DNA from: Candidatus Micrarchaeota archaeon
GTDB lineage: Archaea > Micrarchaeota > Micrarchaeia > Norongarragalinales > Norongarragalinaceae
Assembly (NCBI GenBank): GCA_016207165.1
Contig: JACQQD010000003.1
Span: 47,343-111,342 of the forward strand
Direction: 5' to 3'
Length of the DNA stretch: 64,000 bases
In this document: piece by piece, positions 50,013-59,478 of the stretch
Position numbering within the stretch: position 1 is the stretch's first letter
How the letters are laid out: each line of letters starts with the position of its first letter
The notes under the pieces: generated by a model
Told to the model about the DNA's origin: nothing
The model's input: only the letters and a program-made list of their open reading frames with translations
Database searches by the model: none
Position numbers and translations under genes: made by a program

Positions 50013-51122
50013 CTAGCTTATCGTTGCATCCAAAGATTCAAAAACGCGTTGGCGGACGCCCTCGTCCGGGATTTGGCGCACCAGCGACTCCAGAAAACCG
50101 TCCACCACCAGCTTTTCAGCTTGTCGCTTTTCCATGCCGCGGGACCGCAGGTAAAACAAGGCATCCGAAGAAAGCTTGGAAACGGTGGCCGCGTGAGAGG
50201 CCCGCACGTCGTTGTTGTCGATAAAAAGAGACGGAACGCTGTTGGACACCACGCCGTGGTCCAGATGCAGGACGCGGTCCTCCAAAAACGAATCCGTCTG
50301 ACTGGCCGTCTTGTCAATCCGAATGACGCCCCGGTACACCGCCGAAGCCTTGCCTTTCAAAGCCCCCTTGACCTTGACGTCGCTTTGCGTCCCCTTCCCG
50401 ACATGATGGGCCACCGTCGTCAAATCAAAGTGCTGGTTGCCAGAACCCAAAAAAACGGCAGAATGCCTTGGCGCGCGTGAACGGCTTCCAACGAAACGGT
50501 GCTCGACTTTGGTTCGCGACAGCGTGCCGCCCACGTCCACGTGAACGGAATTAATTTCGGCATCGGAACCCAGTTCAAAAAATTTCGAGGCAAACCCCAA
50601 CGTGCCGTCCCCGAAACGCTGGACCGAGTAATAATTCAATACAGCCCCGGCGCCCAGCTCAAACCGGCTGGTCTCCGCAAACAAAACCGGTTTTTTTGAA
50701 GCGTATTGCACGAACACGTCCAACACCGCATTTTTGCCTACACTAAAAACGTCCAGCAACCCCCCGGACCGCTCCGGGCGAACCACCACATCCAGCCGCG
50801 CCTGGTCTCCGGCCGACACGTCAAAACGCATTGACGAACCAAAGGCGTGCGCCAAAGCCTCCAACTTGTCCGAAGGCTTACCAAAATCAACATTTACGTT
50901 TTCATGAACCGAAACGTTTTTTGCTTTCACGTCCAACGCCACGGCGCCCAGCGGCGCGCACGCGGAAACATCCAGTTTCCGAACATCCGTGTACCGCCAC
51001 GCCTCCTCTTTGGGCGAAGGCAAGTCCATGGATTCAAAAACAGAAAAGGCGCGCTTCCTTTTTGAGGACGCCTTGGGAAAAAACCGGTCAAACTGAGCCT
51101 TTGAAAAAAGCGTTTCCAACAT
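50013..51122 (-). CDS. sufD: Fe-S assembly protein SufD
   Basis: EAWRYT, PSLFIDNNDVRASHAAT, FYLRSRG. Confidence 0.9.
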   Translation of the reverse strand: MLETLFSKAQFDRFFPKASSKRKRAFSVFESMDLPSPKEEAWRYTDVRKLDVSACAPLGAVALDVKAKNVSVHENVNVDFGKPSDKLEALAHAFGSSMRFDVSAGDQARLDVVVRPERSGGLLDVFSVGKNAVLDVFVQYASKKPVLFAETSRFELGAGAVLNYYSVQRFGDGTLGFASKFFELGSDAEINSVHVDVGGTLSRTKVEHRFVGSRSRAPRHSAVFLGSGNQHFDLTTVAHHVGKGTQSDVKVKGALKGKASAVYRGVIRIDKTASQTDSFLEDRVLHLDHGVVSNSVPSLFIDNNDVRASHAATVSKLSSDALFYLRSRGMEKRQAEKLVVDGFLESLVRQIPDEGVRQRVFESLDATIS

Positions 51123-51135
51123 GAAGAAAAACCTT

Positions 51136-52542
51136 CTAACCCACGGACCCTTCCATTTCAAGGTCGACCAAGCGATTCAACTCCACCGCGTACTCCATGG
51201 GCAAGTGCTTGACGAACGGCTCGATGAAACCCTGAACCAAGAGCTGCTTGGCTTTCTCCTGGGAAAAACCGCGGGACTGCAAGTAAAACAGCTTCTGCGC
51301 ATCCAGCTTTGAAACCGTTGCCTCATGCGAAATGGACACGTCATCGTTCTGGATCTGCATGTACGGCACCGTATCCGACGCGCTTTCTTCATCCAAAATC
51401 AAGGCGTCGCACTCCACGTTGCTTTTCACGTGGGACGCATTGGGCGCCACGTACAACAGCCCCCGGTACGTCGTGCGGCCCCCGTCCTTGGAAATGGACT
51501 TCGACGTAATCAAACTGGAAGTGTTCGGCGCAAAATGGTAAATCTTGGCTCCCGCGTCCTGGTGCTGACCCTTTCCAGCGAACGCAATGGACACGACTTC
51601 GCCGCGCGCTCCAGGCTCCATCAACAACACCGAAGGATACTTCATCGTGACCTTGCTACCGATATTTCCGTCAAGCCAAAAAACGGTTGCGTCCTTGAAA
51701 GCCTTGGCGCGCTTCGTGACCAAATTATACACGTCGCTATACCAATTCTGAATCGTCGTGTATTGGACACGGCTTCCTTCCAACGCAACGATTTCAACCA
51801 CGGCAGAATGCAACGAATCGGATGTATACGTCGGGCTACTACACCCCTCCAAATAATGTACGGAAGATCCCGGTTCGGCAATGATCATCGTGCGCTCAAA
51901 CTGGCCCATGTTCTTCGTGTTGATCCGAAAATACGCCTGGAGCGGCACGTCCACGTGCACGCCCTTCGGCACGTACAAGAACGAACCCCCACTCCACACC
52001 GCCGTGTTGAGCGCCGCAAACTTGTTGTCGTACATCGGAATCACGGAGCCAAAATATTTTTTGACGAGGTCCTCATGTTCCCTCAAACCAGAGTCCATGT
52101 CCAAGAACACGACGCCTTTTTTCTCCAAATCTTCACGGAGTTGGTGGTAGACGACCTCACTGTCATACTGGGCTCCTGCCCCGGCCAGGAATTTGCGTTC
52201 CGCTTCGGGAATGCCGAGTTTTTCAAACGTCTTCTTCATTTTCTCCGGCACGTCCTCCCAGGAACGCGCCGGCTTGTCCGTGGGCCGGGCATAGTACACG
52301 ATGTCGTCAAAATCAATTTGGGAAAGATTGGCGCCCCACGAAGGCATGGGCTTGGAATAAAAAACACGAAGCGCCTCCAACCTTTTTTCCAGCATCCACT
52401 CTGGCTCGTCTTTGATTTTTGAAATCTCGCGGACGACTTTTTCGCTGAGGCCCTTCTTGGTCTGGTACACCATTTCCACGTCGTCGTGAAAACCAAACTG
52501 GTACTCCGAGTCAAACGTTTGCTTCAACACACTTTTTTCCAT
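51136..52542 (-). CDS. sufB: Fe-S assembly protein SufB
   Basis: GQFERT, EGCSSP, LHSAVVE, HEATVS, PMEYAVE; no intein. Confidence 0.96.
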   Translation of the reverse strand: MEKSVLKQTFDSEYQFGFHDDVEMVYQTKKGLSEKVVREISKIKDEPEWMLEKRLEALRVFYSKPMPSWGANLSQIDFDDIVYYARPTDKPARSWEDVPEKMKKTFEKLGIPEAERKFLAGAGAQYDSEVVYHQLREDLEKKGVVFLDMDSGLREHEDLVKKYFGSVIPMYDNKFAALNTAVWSGGSFLYVPKGVHVDVPLQAYFRINTKNMGQFERTMIIAEPGSSVHYLEGCSSPTYTSDSLHSAVVEIVALEGSRVQYTTIQNWYSDVYNLVTKRAKAFKDATVFWLDGNIGSKVTMKYPSVLLMEPGARGEVVSIAFAGKGQHQDAGAKIYHFAPNTSSLITSKSISKDGGRTTYRGLLYVAPNASHVKSNVECDALILDEESASDTVPYMQIQNDDVSISHEATVSKLDAQKLFYLQSRGFSQEKAKQLLVQGFIEPFVKHLPMEYAVELNRLVDLEMEGSVG

Positions 52543-52552
52543 GAGCAACCAC

Positions 52553-53329
52553 TTACGCGGGCACCGGCTCCAATTCGCCGTAACCCTTTTCCTCCAACGC
52601 CAACGCCAATTCAAAGCCCCCGCTTTCCCTGATTTTGCCGTCGACGAACACGTGAACGAAATCCGGCCGAATGTGGTGCAAAATGCGAGGGTAGTGCGTG
52701 ATCAGCAAGACGCCCATGCCGGAGTTCTTAACCAAACCCTGAACGCCTTGAGCCACGACCTTGAGCGCATCCACGTCCAAACCCGAATCCGTCTCGTCCA
52801 TGACCGCGATGTTGGGTTGCAGGACCGCCATCTGCAGGATTTCACAGCGTTTCTTTTCCCCACCACTAAACCCGTCATTCAAATACCGCTCGGCAAACGA
52901 TTCGTCGATGTGAAGCGACTTCATTTTCTCCTTGAGGAACTTGGAAAACGTGAACACGGGCATCTGGTGTTCCTTGGAGCGCAACTGGTTGTACGCCGTC
53001 CGCAAGAAGTTCGCCACCGACACGCCAGGCACCTCCAAGGGGTACTGAAACGCCAAAAACAAGCCTTTCTGGGCACGGCCTTCCGGCGAATCCTCCAAAA
53101 TGCTTTCGCCGTCAAACAAAACGTCGCCAGATTCCACCACGTAGCTGGGATGGCCCATAATCACCGCCGACAACGTGGACTTCCCAGAACCGTTGGGCCC
53201 CATCAAGGCGTGGACTTCTCCAGACTGAACCGTCAGGTTCACGCCGTTGAGTACTTTTTTGCCGTCAACTGACGCCTCGAGGTTCTTGACCTCCAAGACA
53301 TGTTTTTCGGCTTCAAGCTTGATGGCCAT
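52553..53329 (-). CDS. sufC: Fe-S assembly ATPase SufC
   Basis: [25 protein letters not shown]. Confidence 0.96.
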   Translation of the reverse strand: MAIKLEAEKHVLEVKNLEASVDGKKVLNGVNLTVQSGEVHALMGPNGSGKSTLSAVIMGHPSYVVESGDVLFDGESILEDSPEGRAQKGLFLAFQYPLEVPGVSVANFLRTAYNQLRSKEHQMPVFTFSKFLKEKMKSLHIDESFAERYLNDGFSGGEKKRCEILQMAVLQPNIAVMDETDSGLDVDALKVVAQGVQGLVKNSGMGVLLITHYPRILHHIRPDFVHVFVDGKIRESGGFELALALEEKGYGELEPVPA

Positions 53330-53720
53330 GGAAATCCTCCAAACAAATGTCGCAATCCGACGGCACACGCTCTAGCTCGTGGTGAAGCTTGCACAAGTCC
53401 TTGGTCAAGCGGAAGTCCTGCGCCAAATGCTGGAGCGCTTCGTACCCCGACCACGCTTTCGACTCGATTTTGCCACAAGCCTCATTCACCCGCTTCTTAA
53501 ACTCCGCACTGAACGCCACCTTTTGTGCCCGCTTGGAGTGCACGTACTGGGACACCGCCGCTTCCGTAACGCCCAGCAACCCAGCCACCGCCTTCTGCGT
53601 CAAGCCACGTACAATCAACGCCGCCGCCAACTCCCGCCGCAACGCCGGCAACACGTACCAGACTTCGATTTCCTGAGGCAACAACGCCATTTCCGATTTT
53701 AACGCCAGTTTCAAACCCAT
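53313..53720 (-). CDS. HTH regulator with C-terminal Cys/His cluster, first gene of the suf operon
   Basis: LTQKAVAGLLGVTEAAVSQY HTH; CKLH...CDIC. Confidence 0.85.
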   Translation of the reverse strand: MGLKLALKSEMALLPQEIEVWYVLPALRRELAAALIVRGLTQKAVAGLLGVTEAAVSQYVHSKRAQKVAFSAEFKKRVNEACGKIESKAWSGYEALQHLAQDFRLTKDLCKLHHELERVPSDCDICLEDFHGHQA

Positions 53721-53747
53721 CACCGCAACCGGGCCAAACGCCCGCAC

Positions 53748-53761
53748 TTAACAATGGTTAA
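53748..53761. promoter_or_regulatory. Palindromic operator of the suf operon
   Basis: TTAAC-AATG-GTTAA between the minus-strand TTAAAA box and the regulator start. Confidence 0.55.
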
Positions 53762-53801
53762 CTTTCCGGTTTTTAAGGGTTTTTGGCCTATAAAGACCCA
53801 T

Positions 53802-54118
53802 ATGAAATTCAAAAGAAAACCCTGCGGAATCTGCAACACGCCGTTGCACGAATTCAAAGACGAAGTCACCGAAGGCATCCACGTGGACGCCTACCGTTGC
53901 AAGCAAGGGCACGCTAGCTACTCCAGAAGCGTCATGGAAAAAGTGGAGTCTATCCAGAAAGCCACACCGCCCAAGAAAGGCATTTACTGAAAGTAGGCTC
54001 CTCGGTGGCCGCACCCATTCTCGCCTCCATCGTTAAACTACTGGGCCTGAAACCCAAAGAAAAAGTCTACATTTCCACGCAAGACAACAAAATCATCATT
54101 CGGCCTAGCCTGACCTAA
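53802..54118 (+). pseudogene. Frameshifted Zn-finger/AbrB-like antitoxin
   Basis: CGIC...CKQGH frame stops at 53990; another frame continues TAQERHLLKVGSSVAAPI...LGLKPKEKVYI..QDNKIIIRP; shift near GCCACACCGCC (about 53964). Confidence 0.72.
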
Positions 54119-54183
54119 ACTTGAAAAAGACGCAGGAGGGCTTTTACAACCAGAGAATTCGGGGGCAAACCCGCAAAAGGCGG

Positions 54184-54771
54184 TTACGCCAAAGCCTCCT
54201 CCCGCGCCAAACGGCTTTGGCGATGACGCTTGAATTCACAAACGCAAAACTCGACTTCTTCACCGCATTCACACAACGGAGGCTTTTCCTCGAAAGGCGA
54301 CAACTCCTCGGCACTGCCCCAACGCACGACCTCAAATTCACAGTCGCCCCTTTTGACGCACGTGACCGGAACCGGCTCCCGTAATTTGGCTGAGTGGACA
54401 GCAATCAACGCGCCCGTCAAACCCCCCACAAAATACGCGTTTCCAAACCCGTCCCGGAACTTAGAAAATGGATTCAAAAGGCCCAAAAAAGAGTTCGGAG
54501 AAACAAATTGAACCCAGCCCACAAAACACGGTTGGCCATTGATTTTGGCCTTTTGCAACCTGCCTTGACGCCCCGACAACCGCTCAAAAACCGGCACATC
54601 CAAGTCCTCGTCCTGGAACAAGCGCTTGGTTAGAAAACCGGCATGTCGGACGTGAACGGGTGGCTCCGATGAAACGGATGGATCAGACCCGGGTTTGGCG
54701 TCCTTGAATACCTGCCTGGCTTGGCCTTCCAACACGTTCAACAACCCCCTCCCGTTAAAAAGCCCTTCCAA
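54184..54771 (-). CDS. Divergent V4R-like protein with Cys-rich tail
   Basis: GGLTGAL...TCVKRGDCEFEV V4R-like ending, then CEC..CVC; start uncertain. Confidence 0.55.
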   Translation of the reverse strand: MEGLFNGRGLLNVLEGQARQVFKDAKPGSDPSVSSEPPVHVRHAGFLTKRLFQDEDLDVPVFERLSGRQGRLQKAKINGQPCFVGWVQFVSPNSFLGLLNPFSKFRDGFGNAYFVGGLTGALIAVHSAKLREPVPVTCVKRGDCEFEVVRWGSAEELSPFEEKPPLCECGEEVEFCVCEFKRHRQSRLAREEALA

Positions 54772-54775
54772 AAAG

Positions 54776-54811
54776 TCCGATAAATAGCCTGGGTAAAGAA
54801 AAAATCAACCC
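54776..54811. repeat. Direct repeat A containing shared operator copy 2
   Basis: TCCGATAAATAGCCTGGGTAAAGAAAAAATCAACCC; near-identical to 55501-55532. Confidence 0.75.
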
Positions 54812-54877
54812 AAAGTTTAAATGCCAGAAACCCGGAGAGACATTCTCCGCATCATGCAAACGCATAAATCCTGGAAA

Positions 54878-54894
54878 CATTACGAATAGTAATG
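54878..54894. promoter_or_regulatory. Inverted-repeat operator of the RelE-type TA pair
   Basis: CATTAC-GAATA-GTAATG just before the antitoxin ATG. Confidence 0.55.
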
Positions 54895-54901
54895 AACCAT
54901 T

Positions 54902-55147
54902 ATGAAAAACATCAACGTGCGGGTGGACGAGTACGCTGACCGGGTGCTGGACGTCTTCCGTGCCGCCCGCGGACTGAACAACAAGTCGGAAGCATTCAAC
55001 GAATTGGTCCACGAGTTCGGGCCCAAGATTTTGGAACCGGAACTCAACGAGGAATTCGCGAAAACCGTCCTGGCCGAAACGCAGGCATGGGAAAAAAAAC
55101 ACGGCTCCCGGCGCAAAATGACCTTGGACGAACTGGAAAAACCGTGA
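54902..55147 (+). CDS. Antitoxin (DUF2683/RHH-like)
   Basis: INVRVDEY.DRVL...GL.NKSEA, EPELNEEF; directly upstream of the toxin. Confidence 0.78.
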   Translation: MKNINVRVDEYADRVLDVFRAARGLNNKSEAFNELVHEFGPKILEPELNEEFAKTVLAETQAWEKKHGSRRKMTLDELEKP

Positions 55148-55151
55148 GTCC

Positions 55152-55427
55152 ATGTTCGAATTCGATTTGTCGGACGCGCTCCGCCAAACCCTGGAGGAAT
55201 TGAAGCAACGGGACAAGAAACTGGCCGAAGCCCTCACCAGAAAAATCCGAGAAATCGTTTCACGTGACGTGCAAACCATCGACTATTACAAGAACCTCCG
55301 GACCCCACTCCAAGAATCCAAGCGCGTGCACGTCGGCCGCTTCGTTTTGATCTTCAAAGTCTACAAAGAGAAAAACTTCATCTTGTTCCAACGCTTTGAA
55401 CACCACGACAAAGCGTACCAGCTTTAA
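55152..55427 (+). CDS. RelE/YafQ-family toxin
   Basis: YKNLR.PL...KRVHVG.FVLIF...FEHHDKAY. Confidence 0.85.
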   Translation: MFEFDLSDALRQTLEELKQRDKKLAEALTRKIREIVSRDVQTIDYYKNLRTPLQESKRVHVGRFVLIFKVYKEKNFILFQRFEHHDKAYQL

Positions 55428-55500
55428 AACATCTAAAACAGGGTTCTGCTCCACCGGTCGGGAAACTCTCTTGGTTTGCTATAACGCTACCCTCGCGAAA

Positions 55501-55532
55501 TCCGATAAATAGCCAGGGTAAAAAATCAACTC
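55501..55532. repeat. Direct repeat B containing shortened operator copy 3
   Basis: TCCGATAAATAGCCAGGGTAAAAAATCAACTC; spacer 4 nt shorter than in repeat A. Confidence 0.75.
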
Positions 55533-55541
55533 GCATTTAAA

Positions 55542-56363
55542 CTACTTGAAGTAAGCGAGAGTTTCTTCCCGGATTTGCTCCGCCAACGCCGCATTCTTGG
55601 TGGCCACCACGGAAACGGGGTGCTCCCAAGAGAAAATGTGGCGGTACAGGCCGCCCAAATTCAAAGATCCAGAATTCCCGGACTCGTACAACCCGTCCAA
55701 CGCCATCTTCAGCTCTGGCGCCAAGAACAATTGGATGACGCGGTCCTCTGACACCATGACGTTGGCCGACGAAGCACAGTCCACATCCAATTCCACGTTA
55801 GAGCCGAATTCCTTCCAAAAATTCATCAATAATTTGTCCAACTTCGAGTGGCCACGGCACAACACGTAATGGGGATTGGATTGCAAGAATTTTTTCATGG
55901 GAGCGTAATGCTCTCGGGCCACGGCAATGGAGGGACACGCCCGGTACCAGTGAGAGACCAACGGCGAGGCATAATCATGCAATTCGTAATCCTGGCGCAA
56001 CGCCCCCAGCAACGCGTACAAGGATTCAGCGTACGAGGAAAACGTAACGGAAAAAGAGTCCAAATCCCGTTTGAGCCGTTCCAACTCCAACCTTGGCAGG
56101 TTCTTCGGCGCCGACAACGACTCGGCCTGCCGCCGCGTTTCGTACACCCAATCCAAACTCAACGCGTACTGCTTCCGGGCTTCCACCAAAGCGCCGGCGG
56201 CCAAGAGCTTCTTGACGGCCTTGTTCACTTCCGGGTATGTCACCACCCCCTCGTCACGGCGCAAATGCGAATGCAGTTTCCGGACAGTCAACGGCCACTC
56301 CGAAGACAAAACGTCCAAAACCCTGGACCGCACGTCATCCTCCGAACCCAAAAAAGAATGCAA
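55542..56363 (-). CDS. Winged-helix regulator with C-terminal domain (paralog 1)
   Basis: VLSSEWPLTVRKLH...TYPEVNKAVKKL...G.L...YALSLDW; ends IREETLAYFK. Confidence 0.8.
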   Translation of the reverse strand: MHSFLGSEDDVRSRVLDVLSSEWPLTVRKLHSHLRRDEGVVTYPEVNKAVKKLLAAGALVEARKQYALSLDWVYETRRQAESLSAPKNLPRLELERLKRDLDSFSVTFSSYAESLYALLGALRQDYELHDYASPLVSHWYRACPSIAVAREHYAPMKKFLQSNPHYVLCRGHSKLDKLLMNFWKEFGSNVELDVDCASSANVMVSEDRVIQLFLAPELKMALDGLYESGNSGSLNLGGLYRHIFSWEHPVSVVATKNAALAEQIREETLAYFK

Positions 56364-56398
56364 CCAAGACCCACCCCCGCATTCAACGCCTAAACGGC

Positions 56399-57253
56399 TT
56401 ACTTGAAGTACTTCAACGTCTCCCCACGAATCTCGTCGGCTAACTCTGGATTGCTGGTAATAATCAAAGACACGTTTCCTTTGAGGCCGTACACAAACGA
56501 GTACAAAGCCGCAAAGTCTATTTGACCTTCATCACTTTTTTTGAAAACCGAGTTTATCCCTTTCCGGACGGGAGGTGAAAGGAAAAGCTGGACTACTTTG
56601 TCTCGCGTGACAAGCAAATCACAGCTGGTTGCGCAGCTCACCCCAATATGGACCTTTTTTCCTAAATCTTTCCAGAAGTCAGCCAAAACCGAATCCAATG
56701 CGGTTTGCTGATTGATGACTGCATAGTGTTCGCCAAGAGACATCATGCGTCGTAGTTGTTCAAATTCTTTCTTGGAAACGCAAGTAACCGGCCAAGCATG
56801 GTACCAGTGCGCTACAGTGGTGTCGGGTTCTTTGTTTTCCGAATAGTCGCGATCCATATTGTCCAAAAGCGCGTACAAAGCTTCCATATACGAGTCAAAT
56901 GACAATGTCACCGAGGAAGCGTTCTTTATTTCTCCAAACTCAAGTGCCGCCCTCCCACTTCGTTTGGCCTCCATCTTGTTAACAAAGGAATTCAAGTCCG
57001 TAATCCATTTCTGGTCCAAAACGTATTTTCGCTTGTCTTCAATCAAAACGCCTTGTCCCGTGAGAACCCGAAGCGCCTTGTGCACGCCCTGATACGTCGC
57101 CGGAGAACCGAAGTCCTTCTTGATAGTTTGAAAAACCTGTTTGGCGGAAAGATGCTCTTCCCGCGACAACACCAAGATGACCAAGTCCTTGATTTCCGAC
57201 TTGGAAGCCGAAAACGAGCTGACACGAGAGGCTAACACGACAGCAACCTCCAA
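56399..57253 (-). CDS. Winged-helix regulator with C-terminal domain (paralog 2)
   Basis: VLSREEHLSAKQVF...TYQGVHKALRVL...GVL...YVLDQKW; ends IRGETLKYFK. Confidence 0.8.
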   Translation of the reverse strand: MEVAVVLASRVSSFSASKSEIKDLVILVLSREEHLSAKQVFQTIKKDFGSPATYQGVHKALRVLTGQGVLIEDKRKYVLDQKWITDLNSFVNKMEAKRSGRAALEFGEIKNASSVTLSFDSYMEALYALLDNMDRDYSENKEPDTTVAHWYHAWPVTCVSKKEFEQLRRMMSLGEHYAVINQQTALDSVLADFWKDLGKKVHIGVSCATSCDLLVTRDKVVQLFLSPPVRKGINSVFKKSDEGQIDFAALYSFVYGLKGNVSLIITSNPELADEIRGETLKYFK

Positions 57254-57394
57254 GACCGTAAAAACCCAGAAAAAAGGCTAAAAAGGCCGTTGAACCTTCT
57301 CCGGACCAACGGCAACACGTCAAGACGGATTAACCCTCCCTGCATCGGCCTTCTCTCCTGAAGAGAGGCTTTCAGACAGTTTAATATAAACCTT

Positions 57395-57415
57395 GAGTTG
57401 ATTTTTTGTATACCG
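57395..57415. promoter_or_regulatory. Shared operator copy 4 (KaiC-prenyltransferase-V4R promoter)
   Basis: GAGTTGA-TTTTTTG-TATACCG, 4 nt after TATAAA (57385-57390). Confidence 0.6.
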
Positions 57416-57477
57416 TTCCCTCGCTATCTGTCGAAGAGATATAAAAGGGAAACGGGCATGAAAGAGTTGGCCGGTAA

Positions 57478-58239
57478 ATGGGAGAACGTAAGAAAACAGG
57501 TATCTCAGGGCTTGACAAAGCACTTAATGGAGGGATACCAAACGGGAACATAGTGTTGATTTCTGGTGGAGCAGGCACTGGGAAAACAACGCTATGTCTT
57601 CAATTTTTGGTAGAAGGGGCAAAAAATGGGGAAAAAACGCTATACATAAGCACCGAACAAAACGACGGAGAAATAAAACGCCAAGCTGAGCCATACGGGT
57701 GGCAAATAGCAGAACTTGAAGAAAAAAACTTGTTCAAAGTGCTGCACGTTAATATCTTGAAAGATGAAGATAATCTAGAAAAAATAAAAAAAACAATTGA
57801 AGAGCTTAAGCCAGAACGGATAGTTCTTGATTCTTTAAGTACATACTCAGACTACACTGCGGTAACACAATACGCAAGAGAACTCCTTTTAAAACGTGGC
57901 GGGGTCGCTCAGAGAGCTATAGATCAAATCATGCCTCAAAACATATCAGAAAAAGTAATCATAAAGCGAATGCTAGCAACACTAATAAATGACCTGAAAA
58001 GCCCCGGCGCAACGACACTAATCACATCGGAGTTACCCGAAACAAAAGGCCAGCTAAGCTCCGATGGAATTTCAGAATTCTTAGCAGACGGGGTCATATT
58101 GCTGTACTATTGGGAAATTGGCGAAGTAGAAGAACATGCAATGAAGATAAGGAAAATGAGGTACACCCCTCACGATTCTAGAGCGTTAATGTACAACATG
58201 AGCCGAAGTGGTATAGAAGTAAAAGCAGGAGAAATCTGA
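57478..58239 (+). CDS. Single-domain KaiC-like (RAD55/GvpD) ATPase
   Basis: TGISGLD, GGAGTGKTT, LDSL, EFLADGVI.L, IRKMR. Confidence 0.9.
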   Translation: MGERKKTGISGLDKALNGGIPNGNIVLISGGAGTGKTTLCLQFLVEGAKNGEKTLYISTEQNDGEIKRQAEPYGWQIAELEEKNLFKVLHVNILKDEDNLEKIKKTIEELKPERIVLDSLSTYSDYTAVTQYARELLLKRGGVAQRAIDQIMPQNISEKVIIKRMLATLINDLKSPGATTLITSELPETKGQLSSDGISEFLADGVILLYYWEIGEVEEHAMKIRKMRYTPHDSRALMYNMSRSGIEVKAGEI

Positions 58240-58913
58240 TGGAAAACACTAATAGTCTAAAACACGTGTTTGTTATTCCCGATGGAAACAGACGCTGGGC
58301 GAGAGAGAACAAAAAGACATACAAAGAGGTCTACGAGAAGGTCGCCATGGAAATTACGCCGAACTTAATTGAAGAGGTCTTACTAAAACAGGGAGTTCAA
58401 GAACTAACAATATTCATGCTTTCACGAAGTAACTTGATAAAACGAAGTCTTGACGAAGTACTACCTATTCTAAAGGCCCAAGAAAGACTATACGGCTGGA
58501 TTTCAGAAAATAAGGTGATGCAGAAATCGGGGGCTAGTTTTAAAGTAATTGGAGACAAGACGCTCCTGCCAAGATCATACTTAGATGCCTGTGAGAGATT
58601 AGAAAAAATTAACCATGGGAAAAAAAAGTGTAATTTTCTGGTCGGATACGATGCTGAATGGGAGCTACTCCAAGCAGTCAAAAAAATCGAGAGAATCGAA
58701 AGCGCAGACATTGTAAAAGAGCTAGCTCTAAACTCTGAAATTGATTTAATGATTAGAACGGGATTTGAGCACAGAATTTCGGGCGGCCCACTAATACAGC
58801 TGAAATTTGCAGAGTTAGTTTTCTGTGATTTTCACTACCCAGAATTGACTCGGAAAAAAATTCAGGAGATAATTAAACAATACGGAAAAAAGGAAAGGCG
58901 ATTCGGAAGATGA
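58239..58913 (+). CDS. Divergent cis-prenyltransferase (UppS fold)
   Basis: HVFVIPDGNRRWA, DLMIRTG.E.RIS, AEL.F. Confidence 0.85.
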   Translation: MENTNSLKHVFVIPDGNRRWARENKKTYKEVYEKVAMEITPNLIEEVLLKQGVQELTIFMLSRSNLIKRSLDEVLPILKAQERLYGWISENKVMQKSGASFKVIGDKTLLPRSYLDACERLEKINHGKKKCNFLVGYDAEWELLQAVKKIERIESADIVKELALNSEIDLMIRTGFEHRISGGPLIQLKFAELVFCDFHYPELTRKKIQEIIKQYGKKERRFGR

Positions 58914-59476
58914 TGGAATTTCTACAAAAACTATTAATGATGCGGCAGTTCCAAATGGGTAAAGGCAGAACGACAATACTGGGTCAGAGAGTGCTACTGG
59001 GACCAGTAGAAATACTCGTACCGGCAACACAATTAGCAATAGACCAACCATTAGAAGGGGCAAAAATATACGAAAAGGTTAGAACAACATTTAATGAGGG
59101 TTGGTCGGAAGCAGTAAGAAAAATGTACGGTATAAAGTCTCAAGACTATTTTAAATTCTTAATAGATATGTCAAATCTCGGAGGGTGGGGCGATGGCAAG
59201 TTAATCGAATTCGAACCAGCCACACTCGAAGGTAAATTCATTAACTACAATACGGCAATGGCAGAGTATTTCAAAGGAAAAACAAGCAGACCAGTAGACC
59301 ATATTTGGAGAGGATTGGCCGCAGGGGGGCTTACTAAAGCTTTTAAGACAGAAATAGACTGGTTTGAAACTAAATGCATCGCATGCGGCGAAGATAGATG
59401 CGAATACATTTTTAAACCAAGAAAAAAATTCGAGGAAAATAGAATAAAAGAAATAGAATACCAAATACCAATATAA
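58910..59476 (+). CDS. V4R-domain protein
   Basis: GGWG, PVDHIWRG..AG, ETKCIACGEDRCEYI. Confidence 0.85.
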   Translation: MMEFLQKLLMMRQFQMGKGRTTILGQRVLLGPVEILVPATQLAIDQPLEGAKIYEKVRTTFNEGWSEAVRKMYGIKSQDYFKFLIDMSNLGGWGDGKLIEFEPATLEGKFINYNTAMAEYFKGKTSRPVDHIWRGLAAGGLTKAFKTEIDWFETKCIACGEDRCEYIFKPRKKFEENRIKEIEYQIPI

Positions 59477-59478
59477 CG

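Noticed and set aside
31451-52542. Inteins in cdc48, rfcS, topA or sufB
   Set aside because: All have normal lengths and uninterrupted motifs
55260-55454. 64-aa ORF antisense to the RelE toxin
   Set aside because: Mostly the reverse frame of the toxin gene; no independent coding evidence
54776-55532. Direct repeats as a CRISPR array
   Set aside because: Only two copies about 700 bp apart with genes between them; no cas genes
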